Shown: positions 19,313-29,608 of the stretch, one piece after another
Layout of the letters: every line of letters starts with the position of its first letter
Position numbering within the stretch: position 1 is the stretch's first letter
From: an uncultured Rhodopirellula sp.
Lineage (GTDB): Bacteria > Planctomycetota > Planctomycetia > Pirellulales > Pirellulaceae
Direction: 5' to 3'
Assembly (NCBI GenBank): GCA_964007735.1
Contig: CAXGAI010000022.1
Coordinates: forward strand, 1-64,000
Length of the DNA: 64,000 bases
The notes under the pieces: model-generated
The model's database searches: none
Told to the model about the DNA's origin: nothing
Seen by the model: only the letters and a program-made list of their open reading frames with translations
Made by a program: the position numbers and the translations under genes

Positions 19313-20740
19313 TTATTCCCTTATTGTTCTTTTTGGAGGCGTTGCTGTCAAAACCAAGAGTCCTGCGACGAGCGGCAATAGGAAGAAGCTAACCAATGCC
19401 GGAGTGGTTGATCCCAGAAAGTCACTGGACAGAGCCAACGGCAACGGTCCTAAAGCGGAACCGATAACGGCCAGGCTCAAGGCGGCTCCGCTGATCGCTC
19501 CCTGATTCTTTCGGCCGTAATAATTCACCCACACGACACTGCCCACAGTGCGGATTATGCCTCCCTGTGTACCCAACAGGATGGCAACGACAATTGCCAG
19601 CCAGGGCTCTGTCATGGTCAGCAGGATTAGCATCGAAGTACTAAGTAAAAACATGGCGGTAGCCATTAGGTAACGTGCCTGCACACGGGTTGTTAAGTGC
19701 CCTGCCGTCAGGCACGTTCCAATGGCAACGCAGGCTTGTAACGCCAGGATGTAATAGGGCTGATTGTCAGGTACTCCGACCTCCTGGAAGATTTTCTTTT
19801 GGTAGATGACGATACCGGTCCCAACCAAAGAGGTTGAAGCCCAACATAGGACCAATTTCCAAAAGGTACTGTTGCGTAGTGCCTCACTTCGTTCCCAATT
19901 GTCACGAGTGATATGAGGGGAATACTCAGTTTGATCATCAGGTTCGTCTTTAATCGGCGTGAAGCGGCAGTCAGGAAACAACCCCTCAGCTTCCGGTCGG
20001 TCTCTGACAAGCAGGAAAGGTGGGACAATAAAGGCAATCGCCAACACCCAGGCGTGGGTGATCCAGGTCTCCTGCCATCCGTTAGCTTCGATTAACCAGG
20101 CATTGCCAAGGGGAACCGTAGCGACACTTAAGGCGCCGCCAATCCCAATGACTCCCATCGCAAATCCGCGTCGTTGCTCAAACCACTCACCTACAAGCCA
20201 TGCACCGAGCAGGCACATAAGCCCCTGTCCAAATATTCTTAATAGCGAAAGCCCCATGTAGAGAGAGGTGATATGTTCCACCTGTGACATAAATAAGCAA
20301 GTTAATGCCAGACTCACCGACGTGATTGAAAGGAAGATGCGAGCTCCATATCTGTCGACATACGGGCCGACCATGGGGATAGCTAATCCACTAAAGATTG
20401 TGGCGAACATATAAGCCAGCATGTAATCGGTATCGAGGATTCCAATCGAGTCGATCATCTCAGCCCGAAACACGCCTATCGAGTGGGATTGACCGGGACT
20501 GGAAAAATAAATGGTTGAAAATGCAATCAGTAGCACCCACCAACCTCGGTGGACTCGAGGTGTAGATTGATCGGGGGTAGTAAGTTCCGGTGGGTTCAAG
20601 TTGTTTTTGGATTGCAAGGACGCTGGTATTAAGTTTCGTATTGTATCGGAATAATTAAATCCTGAATCGGGGTGAAATTCGGATTCATGACTAAATAAAG
20701 GGGCTTTCTTTGCAGAAGGAGAAGGAGGAATTGGAGTCAT
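19313..20740 (-). CDS. MFS transporter
   Basis: About 12 TM segments, G.YVDRYGAR motif A, WFEQRRGFA, NYYGRKNQGAISG. The true start is probably downstream (for example TTG at about 20599). Confidence 0.88.
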   Translation of the reverse strand: MTPIPPSPSAKKAPLFSHESEFHPDSGFNYSDTIRNLIPASLQSKNNLNPPELTTPDQSTPRVHRGWWVLLIAFSTIYFSSPGQSHSIGVFRAEMIDSIGILDTDYMLAYMFATIFSGLAIPMVGPYVDRYGARIFLSITSVSLALTCLFMSQVEHITSLYMGLSLLRIFGQGLMCLLGAWLVGEWFEQRRGFAMGVIGIGGALSVATVPLGNAWLIEANGWQETWITHAWVLAIAFIVPPFLLVRDRPEAEGLFPDCRFTPIKDEPDDQTEYSPHITRDNWERSEALRNSTFWKLVLCWASTSLVGTGIVIYQKKIFQEVGVPDNQPYYILALQACVAIGTCLTAGHLTTRVQARYLMATAMFLLSTSMLILLTMTEPWLAIVVAILLGTQGGIIRTVGSVVWVNYYGRKNQGAISGAALSLAVIGSALGPLPLALSSDFLGSTTPALVSFFLLPLVAGLLVLTATPPKRTIRE

Positions 20741-20771
20741 CGGCGGGAAGCGTTCCTGTTATAACAGGGGT

Positions 20772-22199
20772 ATGCTTTCCTTTACTGAACGACACCGGAA
20801 CCCGCGCATCAATCGACGTCAGGCAATCGGTCTGGCGACGACATCAATGTTGGGCGTGGCCTGGCCTGGCGTTGCGAAGTTGCAAGCTGCTGAAGGAACA
20901 AGGCGTTACGCAGGATTTGGTAGAGCAAAAAGCGTTCTGACGATCTTTGCACATGGTGGGCAGAGCCAGATTGATATGTGGGATCCGAAACCACAGGCTC
21001 CTGCTCACGTGCGCAGTATCTTTCAGCCAATTCAAACATCGGTCACAGGCGTCCATTTCACCGAGGATATGTCCGGTTTAGCTTCGATTGCTGATAAGTT
21101 GACGATTGTTCGAAGCATGGCCCATGCCGATTTGGATCATGGCAGTGCTGCCTATCTATCTTTTACAGGACGTTATCATACTCGGCTGAGTTCCAATCCC
21201 CCGCCGCGTCCCACGGACCTGCCCGCAATTGGATCGATATTGAAATATCTGCCTGTCGATAGTCAATTTCCGTATTCGTCCGTCTATGTGAATGGCCCGG
21301 CACTAGTACCGCTTGAGCCGGGGCCGGGACAATATGGTGGACTTTTAGGGAAAAGTCACGACCCCTTGTTCGTAGAGAACCCAGGTGACGACGAGCTTGC
21401 GATTCCAGGTCTTTCTCACAAAACAGTGCTTGCTGAAGAGCAAATGCGAGCAAGATTGCGTTTGCGGGATCGATTGAATCTTCGTAACAACGTCCTGAGT
21501 GAATCTCAGAAAGTCAAAGAGGCCCAGCGGCTATATGGTGAGGCTGTTGAAATGTTATCGTCCCCCGAAGTTATTTCGGCTTTTGATTTAGGGCAGGAGT
21601 CTGTCAAGACACGGGCAGATTATGGGGATTACCGTAGCGGACAGTCGTGCCTTTTAGGACGTCGTCTTGTCGAGGCCGGGGTTCCCTATGTGAACGTTAT
21701 TTTTAATCACACCAATCGTGGACAGGATGACGCTCCAGAAGAGATAGAAGAGTATGGGTGGGATACTCACAACGATATTTTCAATGCGTTGCATAAATTC
21801 CTCGTTCCCAGATTTGATAAGACTATAACAACGCTAATCAATGATATGGACGATCGGGGACTGCTTGATTCCACACTTGTAATTATTATGAGCGAATTTG
21901 GGAGGGCACCGTTGATCGCTCCGGAACCTAACTTCCCGGGAAATAATGCCGGACGAAAACATTGGGCAAGCGCCTATTCGATTGCCTTGGCAGGAGCAGG
22001 GATAAAACGTGGTGCCGTCCTAGGTGCTACCGACAGACTGGGAGGAGAAGTCGTAACCGACCGCTACGCACCGTGGGATCTCACCGCTACCCTATTCAAT
22101 GCTTTGGGGATTCCCGTCGATACACACTATCAAGATCCCCTTGACCGGCCACTACCAGTGACGACTGGTAAACCAATCGAGGCACTCTATAGCCTTTAA
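20772..22199 (+). CDS. DUF1501 domain protein
   Basis: NRRQAI leader, GGQSQIDMWDPKP, WDTHND, SEFGRAP, GRKHW, AGAG. Confidence 0.9.
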   Translation: MLSFTERHRNPRINRRQAIGLATTSMLGVAWPGVAKLQAAEGTRRYAGFGRAKSVLTIFAHGGQSQIDMWDPKPQAPAHVRSIFQPIQTSVTGVHFTEDMSGLASIADKLTIVRSMAHADLDHGSAAYLSFTGRYHTRLSSNPPPRPTDLPAIGSILKYLPVDSQFPYSSVYVNGPALVPLEPGPGQYGGLLGKSHDPLFVENPGDDELAIPGLSHKTVLAEEQMRARLRLRDRLNLRNNVLSESQKVKEAQRLYGEAVEMLSSPEVISAFDLGQESVKTRADYGDYRSGQSCLLGRRLVEAGVPYVNVIFNHTNRGQDDAPEEIEEYGWDTHNDIFNALHKFLVPRFDKTITTLINDMDDRGLLDSTLVIIMSEFGRAPLIAPEPNFPGNNAGRKHWASAYSIALAGAGIKRGAVLGATDRLGGEVVTDRYAPWDLTATLFNALGIPVDTHYQDPLDRPLPVTTGKPIEALYSL

Positions 22200-22284
22200 T
22201 AGTGATGTCAATAAAGAGCTTATAAGTTGGAGTAAAAGCCGGAATAAATCAGCTCGTACGACTCCGTGTCTAGCATCGGCGGAT

Positions 22285-23541
22285 TTAGTACTTTACCGGC
22301 TCGGGAAAGTTTTCCTCTAACTGGTTAGCGAAGGGCCATTTGCCCGGACGGTATTTAATGGCCAATTCCGGAGTTGCGTATTTTCTACCGCCTGTAAAAT
22401 GACTCCTTATGGATCGGGTAAGGATGCCTGTGGTTAGCAGGGTGCGCTCTAATGGCGTATGCTCTTTACCTGTATGAAAGAAATGGTCAAGGCCGCGAAC
22501 TAGTTGCTCGAAGTGGCGGTAAGGGTAAGTCAGTTCCATTTTGAACCATTGGTTTAAGGGCTTCCTGTTCTCTTCGAACTCCACGGCGACTGACATTTCA
22601 TCAGTAATGCCATTGAACATACAGCAGACCGCTTTGGTACCGTCTAAATAATCGATGACATAGATAGAACTGTTCTCTTTATGCAAACGGCTTTCCAGAT
22701 CGTCAGCAGATTTCCCTGCCGCCATAAGGGCGTTGGTCACCGCTTGACGACTCCAGCGCCCCTCCTTTTCCGCTTTCCACATTTGATCGTAAGGGTAAGC
22801 TTGGATGCTTTTCACGCCGGTTTCCCCACCCTTACGACGTTCCATAAGACATTGAATTGTCTCAAGTGCATGAAATCCATAGGATTCAAGACCACCAAAA
22901 GCGACACCAGTGATGGTGTTGATCTTGGAACCGACAGGGATCGTTGCGTTTGGATACCGCCAGGTGAAAGGTAAAGATGAACCGGCTTGCATGGGGATCT
23001 TCATTGCCCGCGCCCGATCATACATTGCTTTGGCGTCTTTCCAGTTCCAACTTAAGTGCTTGTCATTGAAAATTGGTACAACCTTTCCGGTTTTCTGGAA
23101 AACATCAGCGATTGCATCAAAGAAACGTCGCCTTGGATACTTTCGCTGATGGGCGACTGGATCGATCTCATAATTGCCATGCTCTGCAATACTTAATACA
23201 GCATCACATTGCAGGTCATCGGTTCCGAGTGTTAATGCTTCTTCAATACTGTTATAGATGGGAACCTGATTGACCGTACTTTTAGATGATGAAATGTCAT
23301 TGTCTGTTTTTTGTTCGACATACATTGAAACCAGTTCAAGTTTTGGCCCCTCGAATCCAAGATGATCCCACCCCTCCATGATTTTGGTGAGAATGACGTC
23401 ACAATGAGAATTTTTGAAATACTGCGTTCCAATTCCGGCAACGCGTAGTATGTTGCGTCGTGGGGCACCAAATGCTGTTGGTGCTAGCCATGCAAGGGAG
23501 GACGCGGAAAGGGTTTGCAGTGCTCTACGGCGATCAAGCAT
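22285..23541 (-). CDS. Tat-exported Gfo/Idh/MocA-like oxidoreductase (planctomycete family)
   Basis: DRRRAL leader, Rossmann-like N-terminus, PIFNDKHLS, AGSSLP, ESYGFHALE. Confidence 0.6.
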   Translation of the reverse strand: MLDRRRALQTLSASSLAWLAPTAFGAPRRNILRVAGIGTQYFKNSHCDVILTKIMEGWDHLGFEGPKLELVSMYVEQKTDNDISSSKSTVNQVPIYNSIEEALTLGTDDLQCDAVLSIAEHGNYEIDPVAHQRKYPRRRFFDAIADVFQKTGKVVPIFNDKHLSWNWKDAKAMYDRARAMKIPMQAGSSLPFTWRYPNATIPVGSKINTITGVAFGGLESYGFHALETIQCLMERRKGGETGVKSIQAYPYDQMWKAEKEGRWSRQAVTNALMAAGKSADDLESRLHKENSSIYVIDYLDGTKAVCCMFNGITDEMSVAVEFEENRKPLNQWFKMELTYPYRHFEQLVRGLDHFFHTGKEHTPLERTLLTTGILTRSIRSHFTGGRKYATPELAIKYRPGKWPFANQLEENFPEPVKY

Positions 23542-23544
23542 CCT

Positions 23545-24489
23545 CTATTGCTCCTGAATCCAGATTTTGAACTGGCTTACCCATTTGTTGATCGGTTGCC
23601 CTAAATCACGGATACCATAACCATGTCCACCGCTATCTCGGAAGAACGTTTGCACTCGAATGCCAGCCTTTCTGGCGGCATCCTCCATTCTTAGAGAATT
23701 TTCAGCCAGAACACCTTGGTCGTCCAACGCGTGTGCCAGGAAGATCGGAGGCATACCTTTCTTCAGATGTAATTCGGCAGAGTAATTGTCGAGTTGTTCT
23801 TTGGTGGGAGTCTCACCAAACAATAGTTTTTGATAGCGAGGGCCTGCGACTTCGGTTTGCATGGATAACAGTGGGTATGCGCCGGCGAAAAATGCTACCT
23901 CACTACTAAGACGGTTAATCCGATCCTGGTCATCCGGATCTTCGCCAACGGGATGAATATAGGGTGTGACTGCTACAATCCCTCCGGCTGAAAAACCAAA
24001 GGTTCCAATGCGATTCGACGCGATATTCCATTTGCTGGCGTGAAAGCGCGTGACTCGAATTGCTCGACGAATGTCTGCTTCCATGATATCCATACCGTTG
24101 AAAGTGGTTGTCGTTTGGGCATTACGGAATTTGAGAACGATCCCTGCCATGCCTGACTCAGCCAAGACTCGCGCGAGATCATTTCCTTCCTTGTCAATGA
24201 CGGCGCGGGTTAGACCCCCACCGGGAACAATAATGACAGCGGTGACGGGCTTGCTGGAGTGTTTTGGTAAATGAACGGTGAGGGTCGGGATAACGGTGTC
24301 AGAGATAGAACGATCAATAGTCTGCACTCCATCACCACGTTCTACCACCTTTTCTTCATCCTGTACCCCTTCACTGCCCGGAGCTACTCCTTCCCATAGC
24401 CGAACTTCAAAGGAATCCTTGGCCATAACCCCATGGGGGATCAATAGGGTGATAGCGAAAAGTGCGGTAGTGATTACTTGTCGAATCAT
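23545..24489 (-). CDS. Exported alpha/beta hydrolase (carbohydrate esterase-like)
   Basis: Signal peptide, PGGG oxyanion motif, GFSAGG, PPIFLAHA.DD, GGHGYG. Confidence 0.85.
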   Translation of the reverse strand: MIRQVITTALFAITLLIPHGVMAKDSFEVRLWEGVAPGSEGVQDEEKVVERGDGVQTIDRSISDTVIPTLTVHLPKHSSKPVTAVIIVPGGGLTRAVIDKEGNDLARVLAESGMAGIVLKFRNAQTTTTFNGMDIMEADIRRAIRVTRFHASKWNIASNRIGTFGFSAGGIVAVTPYIHPVGEDPDDQDRINRLSSEVAFFAGAYPLLSMQTEVAGPRYQKLLFGETPTKEQLDNYSAELHLKKGMPPIFLAHALDDQGVLAENSLRMEDAARKAGIRVQTFFRDSGGHGYGIRDLGQPINKWVSQFKIWIQEQ

Positions 24490-24656
24490 AACTCAATCAA
24501 TTGTGTGTTTGAGGAAGAACGTGCTTATGTTTTTAATATAGCGACTTGATAGGCAGAACTCGAACACGCGGTGGGGTAATAACGTCATGGCTGGGTGATG
24601 TTATGATAGAGGATCGAGTCGAGTGATATATCGTTAAGAGTGTCAGGTATTAATCA

Positions 24657-26018
24657 ATGATCAAACAGCTTTTGTTTATTTTTTGCTTTCTGTTCTTGAA
24701 TCTATTTGCCCAGGCGGAGCAAACTCCTAATATTGTCTTGATCATGGCTGACGATCTCGGGATTGATAGTGTTGAGGACTATGGAGGGCGACAGTATAAA
24801 ACGCCAGTCATGAGTCAATTGGCAAAGGAAGGAATGCGGTTTACTCATGCCTATGCCCAACCACTTTGCACGAACACTCGTATTCAACTGATGACGGGGA
24901 TTTATAATCATCGAAATTGGCTCGCCTTTGGTGTTCTTGATCCACAGGCGAAAACATTTGGTCACTACCTGCAGGAAGCAGGTTACAAGACTGCGATTGT
25001 TGGTAAGTGGCAATTGCAGAGTTATGATCCGCCCGACTACCCCGGCGCCGCCAAGCGTCGAGATAAAGGGATGCATGTCAACAAAGCGGGGTTTGATGAC
25101 TACTGTCTGTGGCATACTCATCATACGGAAGACAAAGGTTCGCGGTATCCAGATCCCAAGATCAATCTCAACGGGAAATATCTCACGGATACTAAAGGGA
25201 AATATGGGCCGGACATATGGGCGGATTACATTTGTGACTATGTGCGTCAAAAGCACGAAAAGCCCTTCTTTCTTTATTATCCGATGGCACTTCCTCATAA
25301 CCCATTCTCCCCTACTCCGGACTCCCCGGAATGGAAAGATTCGGAACGCCGGTTTGATGAAGAAAATCACTTTTATGGTGATATGGTGGAGTATACAGAT
25401 AAGGTGTTGGGGCGGATTGTAAATGCTATCGACGTGGCGGGAATCGCAGAAAATACGCTTTTGATTTTCTATAGTGACAACGGAACAAATCAAAAGATCT
25501 TGACAGAAACGGATTGGGGATTGAGCCAGGGTGGAAAAGGCCTGTCGATTGATGCCGGCGTACATGTACCTCTGTATGTGCGATGGAAAGGTGAAGTTGC
25601 TGCGGGAGCAGTGAACCACAATCTCGTTGACTCCACCGACTTTTTGCCAACGATTCTGGAGGCAGCCGGGGCACCTATTCCTGCAAAGGAGGGGTTGGAT
25701 GGAATTAGCTTTTTTCATCAATTGCTTGATCAGCGTGGTCCGGAGCGCCCGTGGGTGTTTTATCATTATGATCCGCGGCCGGGTTGGGATAAGCATAAGT
25801 TTACATTGCATCGATTCGTTCAGGATCGACGCTATAAACTCTATGACAACGGTATACTTATTGATGTGGAAAATGACCCTTTGGAACAGCATCTTATTTA
25901 CGCCGAGGATGATACCCGAGCGACTGCTGCGGCTCGCCGTAAGTTTCAACGCGTCCTGCATGAAAAGTACGACGAGTGGCGGAACCTACGACCTGCCAAC
26001 AATCGTCAGGTTCAATAG
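24657..26018 (+). CDS. Sulfatase (S1) with variant CTNTR motif
   Basis: [40 protein letters not shown]. Confidence 0.9.
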   Translation: MIKQLLFIFCFLFLNLFAQAEQTPNIVLIMADDLGIDSVEDYGGRQYKTPVMSQLAKEGMRFTHAYAQPLCTNTRIQLMTGIYNHRNWLAFGVLDPQAKTFGHYLQEAGYKTAIVGKWQLQSYDPPDYPGAAKRRDKGMHVNKAGFDDYCLWHTHHTEDKGSRYPDPKINLNGKYLTDTKGKYGPDIWADYICDYVRQKHEKPFFLYYPMALPHNPFSPTPDSPEWKDSERRFDEENHFYGDMVEYTDKVLGRIVNAIDVAGIAENTLLIFYSDNGTNQKILTETDWGLSQGGKGLSIDAGVHVPLYVRWKGEVAAGAVNHNLVDSTDFLPTILEAAGAPIPAKEGLDGISFFHQLLDQRGPERPWVFYHYDPRPGWDKHKFTLHRFVQDRRYKLYDNGILIDVENDPLEQHLIYAEDDTRATAAARRKFQRVLHEKYDEWRNLRPANNRQVQ

Positions 26019-26044
26019 TTATTTGCCGAAAGGTTTTTCGAGAA

Positions 26045-27643
26045 ATGAAGAAGATCATTTTCACTCTTGGGTTACTAATGTGCGTTAGCTCATTGCAGGC
26101 ACAAGAGAAACGCCCGAACATTTTGTTCGCATTTGCAGATGATTGGGGAAAATATGCCGGTTGCTACGCGAAAGTTGACGGCGCAACTTCTTTGAATGGG
26201 TTGGTAAAGACACCCACGATTGACTCAGTCGCCGATCGGGGAACTTTGTTTAAACATGCCTTTGTCACTGCCCCATCCTGTACGCCGTGCCGAAGTTCGC
26301 TTCTCTCCGGGCAATACTTTTATCGAACGGGTCGGGGAGCGATCCTACAGGGCGCTGTGTGGGATACGTCGATTCCGACCTATCCCCTGCTATTACAAAA
26401 GGCTGGTTATCACGTGGGACAAACGTATAAGGTCTGGAGTCCCGGAACCCCCAAAGATGCGCCCTATGGCGGTAAGGAAAACGAGTTCGAATCGGCTGGA
26501 AATAAGTTCAATGCTTTCTCTCAGCAGATTGCTAATCTGACCCGTAATCAGAGCAAGTCGCTGGAAGAAGCCAAAGCGGCTTTACTTGAAGAAGTCAGGA
26601 TGAACGTACGGTCTTTTATGGCTGCTCGTGACGGTAATGAGCCCTTCTGCTACTGGTGGGGTCCAACGAATGTACACCGTAAGTGGATCAAGGGAAGTGG
26701 AAAGTCACTCTGGGGTATAGACCCGGATTCGCTTAAAGGTAAGTTACCGCAATTCCTGCCGGATGTTCATGAAGTACGACAGGATTTTGCTGATTACCTA
26801 GGCGAGGCAGCTGCATTTGACGCTGGTTTTTCAGAGGTGCTTGCCGTTCTTGAAGAATCAGGAGAACTGGAGAACACCGTCATTGTAATCAGCGGCGACC
26901 ACGGAGCCCCCGGTTTTCCGCGCGGTAAATGCAACTTGTACGACTTTGGAACGCAGGTTCCGTTGATCGTTGCACTGCCAGGACAGGTGAAGTCAAGAAT
27001 CGTCGATGACTTTGTGAATTTAATGGATCTCGCCCCGACATTTCTGGAGCTAGGTGATGTCGAGATTCCTGAGGTGATGACGGGCCGCAGTCTGGTGTCG
27101 GTTTTGGAATCTTCCAAAACCGGTTGGGTAGATGAAAGTCGTAGTTGGGTTGTGACCGGACGCGAGCGTCATGTCGCTAAGGTGCGTGATGGGTTTCTGC
27201 CTTATCCGCAACGTGCGATTCGTACGAAAGATTACTTGTATATCATTAATTTCAAGCCCGATCGCTGGCCGATGGGGGCTCCGATGACGGTGACAGAGGA
27301 TACGGCCCCGTCCACTGAACAACTTGAAAATAATACATTTATTTGTTTCGGTGATTTGGACGCCAGCCCAACAAAAGCCTGGCTGATTGAACATCGTCAT
27401 CAGCAACGATGGAAGCAATATTACGATTGGTCATTTGGAAAACGCCCGATGGAAGAGTTGTATGTGCTTGCCGATGATCCTGATCAGGTTCGCAATGTGG
27501 CAGGGAAGCCTAAGTATGCTGAAGTGAAGGCTCAGCTGAAAAGTCGGCTGATGGGGGAGCTTGCAACGACAGGTGATCCACGCGTTATGGGCGATGGATC
27601 TACGTTCGACAAACCTCCATTTACAGGCGCCTTTAACCGCTAA
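26045..27643 (+). CDS. Sulfatase (S1, sulfamidase-like)
   Basis: Signal peptide from ATG 26045, [55 protein letters not shown]. Confidence 0.92.
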   Translation: MKKIIFTLGLLMCVSSLQAQEKRPNILFAFADDWGKYAGCYAKVDGATSLNGLVKTPTIDSVADRGTLFKHAFVTAPSCTPCRSSLLSGQYFYRTGRGAILQGAVWDTSIPTYPLLLQKAGYHVGQTYKVWSPGTPKDAPYGGKENEFESAGNKFNAFSQQIANLTRNQSKSLEEAKAALLEEVRMNVRSFMAARDGNEPFCYWWGPTNVHRKWIKGSGKSLWGIDPDSLKGKLPQFLPDVHEVRQDFADYLGEAAAFDAGFSEVLAVLEESGELENTVIVISGDHGAPGFPRGKCNLYDFGTQVPLIVALPGQVKSRIVDDFVNLMDLAPTFLELGDVEIPEVMTGRSLVSVLESSKTGWVDESRSWVVTGRERHVAKVRDGFLPYPQRAIRTKDYLYIINFKPDRWPMGAPMTVTEDTAPSTEQLENNTFICFGDLDASPTKAWLIEHRHQQRWKQYYDWSFGKRPMEELYVLADDPDQVRNVAGKPKYAEVKAQLKSRLMGELATTGDPRVMGDGSTFDKPPFTGAFNR

Positions 27644-27704
27644 CGGCGGTTGAGCAACGATGGCTGAGAAAGAGACTGAGGGAGCTTTGACGAGAAACGC
27701 TACG

Positions 27705-29564
27705 ATGAAGAAATTACTGTTAGCATTGCTTTGGGTAACTGGTGTCGCGTTAAATGCAAACGCCGCGGACCCCCCCAATATCCTGTGGTTAACAAGTGAA
27801 GACCACGGTCCTGAAATGGGGTGCTATGGTGATGAATTGGCGGTTACACCCAATGTCGATGCGTTGGCTAGCAAGGGGATGTTGTTTGATCTTGCATGGT
27901 CTTGTGCTCCTGTTTGTGCACCGGCTAGAACCTGTATTATCACCGGTATGTACCCGCCATCGATTGGCGGGCAACACATGCGAAGCATGGTGTCGTTGCC
28001 GGACGAATTCCAGTTCTACCCGTGGTACCTAAAGAAGGCAGGATATTACACGACCAATAACTCAAAACAGGATTACAACGTTAAAAAAGCGGAACAGGGA
28101 TGGGATGCTTCCTCCAATAAAGCTCATTATCGAGATCGTGCAGATGACCAGCCATTCTTTGCAATTTTTAATGTCACGATCAGTCATGAGAGCAAGATTC
28201 GTGCACGTCCGCACGAAAAGGTTCTGGATCCCGCCAAAGTACGTGTACCAGCCTATCACCCAGACAACGCAGAGTCCCGGCAGGATTGGGCCCAATACTA
28301 CGACATTGTAAGTCGTGCCGATAAACTTGCAGGAGAGCGTCTGGCTGAGTTAGATCAGGCAGGTCTTACCGACGACACCATCGTCTTCTATTACGGCGAC
28401 CATGGAAGTGGAATGTCACGTTCAAAGCGATGGCCCTACAATTCTGGTTTGTCTGTCCCCATGGTTGTCTATTTTCCTGAAAAATGGAAACATCTCGCAC
28501 CCAGGGAATACACAATGGGCGGGAAAAGCGACCGATTAGTCAATTTTGTAGATCTGGCACCGACGGTTTTGAGCCTAGCCGGAATTGAGCCACCGGAACA
28601 TATGCAGGGACACGCGTTTGCTGGACAGTACCAGCAGGAGAAACCAAAGTATATGTTCGGCTTTCGGGATCGCATGGATGAACGGTATGACTTCATTCGT
28701 ACCGTCACTGATGGCCGATATCAGTATATTAGGAATTTTAATCCGCATTTTATCTACGGCCAGTATGTCGCATACAACTTCGTGACGCCATCGACTGCCG
28801 CTTGGAAGCGGGATTATCTCGCGGGGAAACTTAATGAAGCGCAATCGGCTTACTGGAAGCTAAAGCCGACCGAAGAATTGTATGACCTGCAAGCCGATCC
28901 TGACCAGATCAATAGCCTCGTAGACTCGGAGGGACATCAGGCAATTCTCAAAGAGTTGCAAGGAGCGCTTTATGATTGGTGTGCTCAGATTCGCGACGTT
29001 GGTTTTCTTCCCGAAGGGGAAATTCATAGTCGAAGTGTCGGGATGTCTCCTTATGAGATGGGACATAACAAAAAACTCTACCCATACGATAGGATTTTTG
29101 AGGCTGCTCATAACGCAACGTTTCGTGATGTGGATCGTCTTGACCTGATGGTCAAATATCTAGGTGATGAAGATAGCGCTGTTCGCTACTGGGGAGCTGT
29201 TGGGTTACTCAATCGTGGTGAAGCGGCATGTGCTGAAAAGGCCGAAGTGCTGCAGCAATGCCTCGTAGATAAGTCGCCTTATGTTCAAATTGTCGGTGCT
29301 TACACACTTGCCAAATATGGGAAAGGTGATGCTGTGCGAATGGCGACAGACCATTTGTTGTCACTGACCTCATGGACGGAAGATCGTCCGGTATTTGTTT
29401 CACTTGCAGCACTGAATGCGGTGGATAAATTGGATGGTAAGGTCGTACATGCATTAGAGAAAATAAAAGCTTTACCCCGTAAAGGTGGAGCATCCCCTGA
29501 TCGTCGTTATAACGGCTATGTTAATCAGGTACTTGGAAAAGTGATTCGGGATCTCGAAAAGTAA
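27705..29564 (+). CDS. Sulfatase (S1) with C-terminal HEAT-like repeats
   Basis: PPNILWLTSED, CAPARTCIITG, GDHG, RDRMDERYD; C-terminal D.DSAVRYWGA.GL and DKSPYVQI.GA..L repeats. Confidence 0.92.
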   Translation: MKKLLLALLWVTGVALNANAADPPNILWLTSEDHGPEMGCYGDELAVTPNVDALASKGMLFDLAWSCAPVCAPARTCIITGMYPPSIGGQHMRSMVSLPDEFQFYPWYLKKAGYYTTNNSKQDYNVKKAEQGWDASSNKAHYRDRADDQPFFAIFNVTISHESKIRARPHEKVLDPAKVRVPAYHPDNAESRQDWAQYYDIVSRADKLAGERLAELDQAGLTDDTIVFYYGDHGSGMSRSKRWPYNSGLSVPMVVYFPEKWKHLAPREYTMGGKSDRLVNFVDLAPTVLSLAGIEPPEHMQGHAFAGQYQQEKPKYMFGFRDRMDERYDFIRTVTDGRYQYIRNFNPHFIYGQYVAYNFVTPSTAAWKRDYLAGKLNEAQSAYWKLKPTEELYDLQADPDQINSLVDSEGHQAILKELQGALYDWCAQIRDVGFLPEGEIHSRSVGMSPYEMGHNKKLYPYDRIFEAAHNATFRDVDRLDLMVKYLGDEDSAVRYWGAVGLLNRGEAACAEKAEVLQQCLVDKSPYVQIVGAYTLAKYGKGDAVRMATDHLLSLTSWTEDRPVFVSLAALNAVDKLDGKVVHALEKIKALPRKGGASPDRRYNGYVNQVLGKVIRDLEK

Positions 29565-29608
29565 ATCTTCAGTATCAAGCTTAATACCTTGCTGGAAAGG
29601 AATATGAA

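Noticed and set aside
24702..25961. 419-aa antisense ORF
   Set aside because: It lies wholly opposite a clear sulfatase in the mirror codon frame and has no recognisable motifs. It is a shadow ORF.
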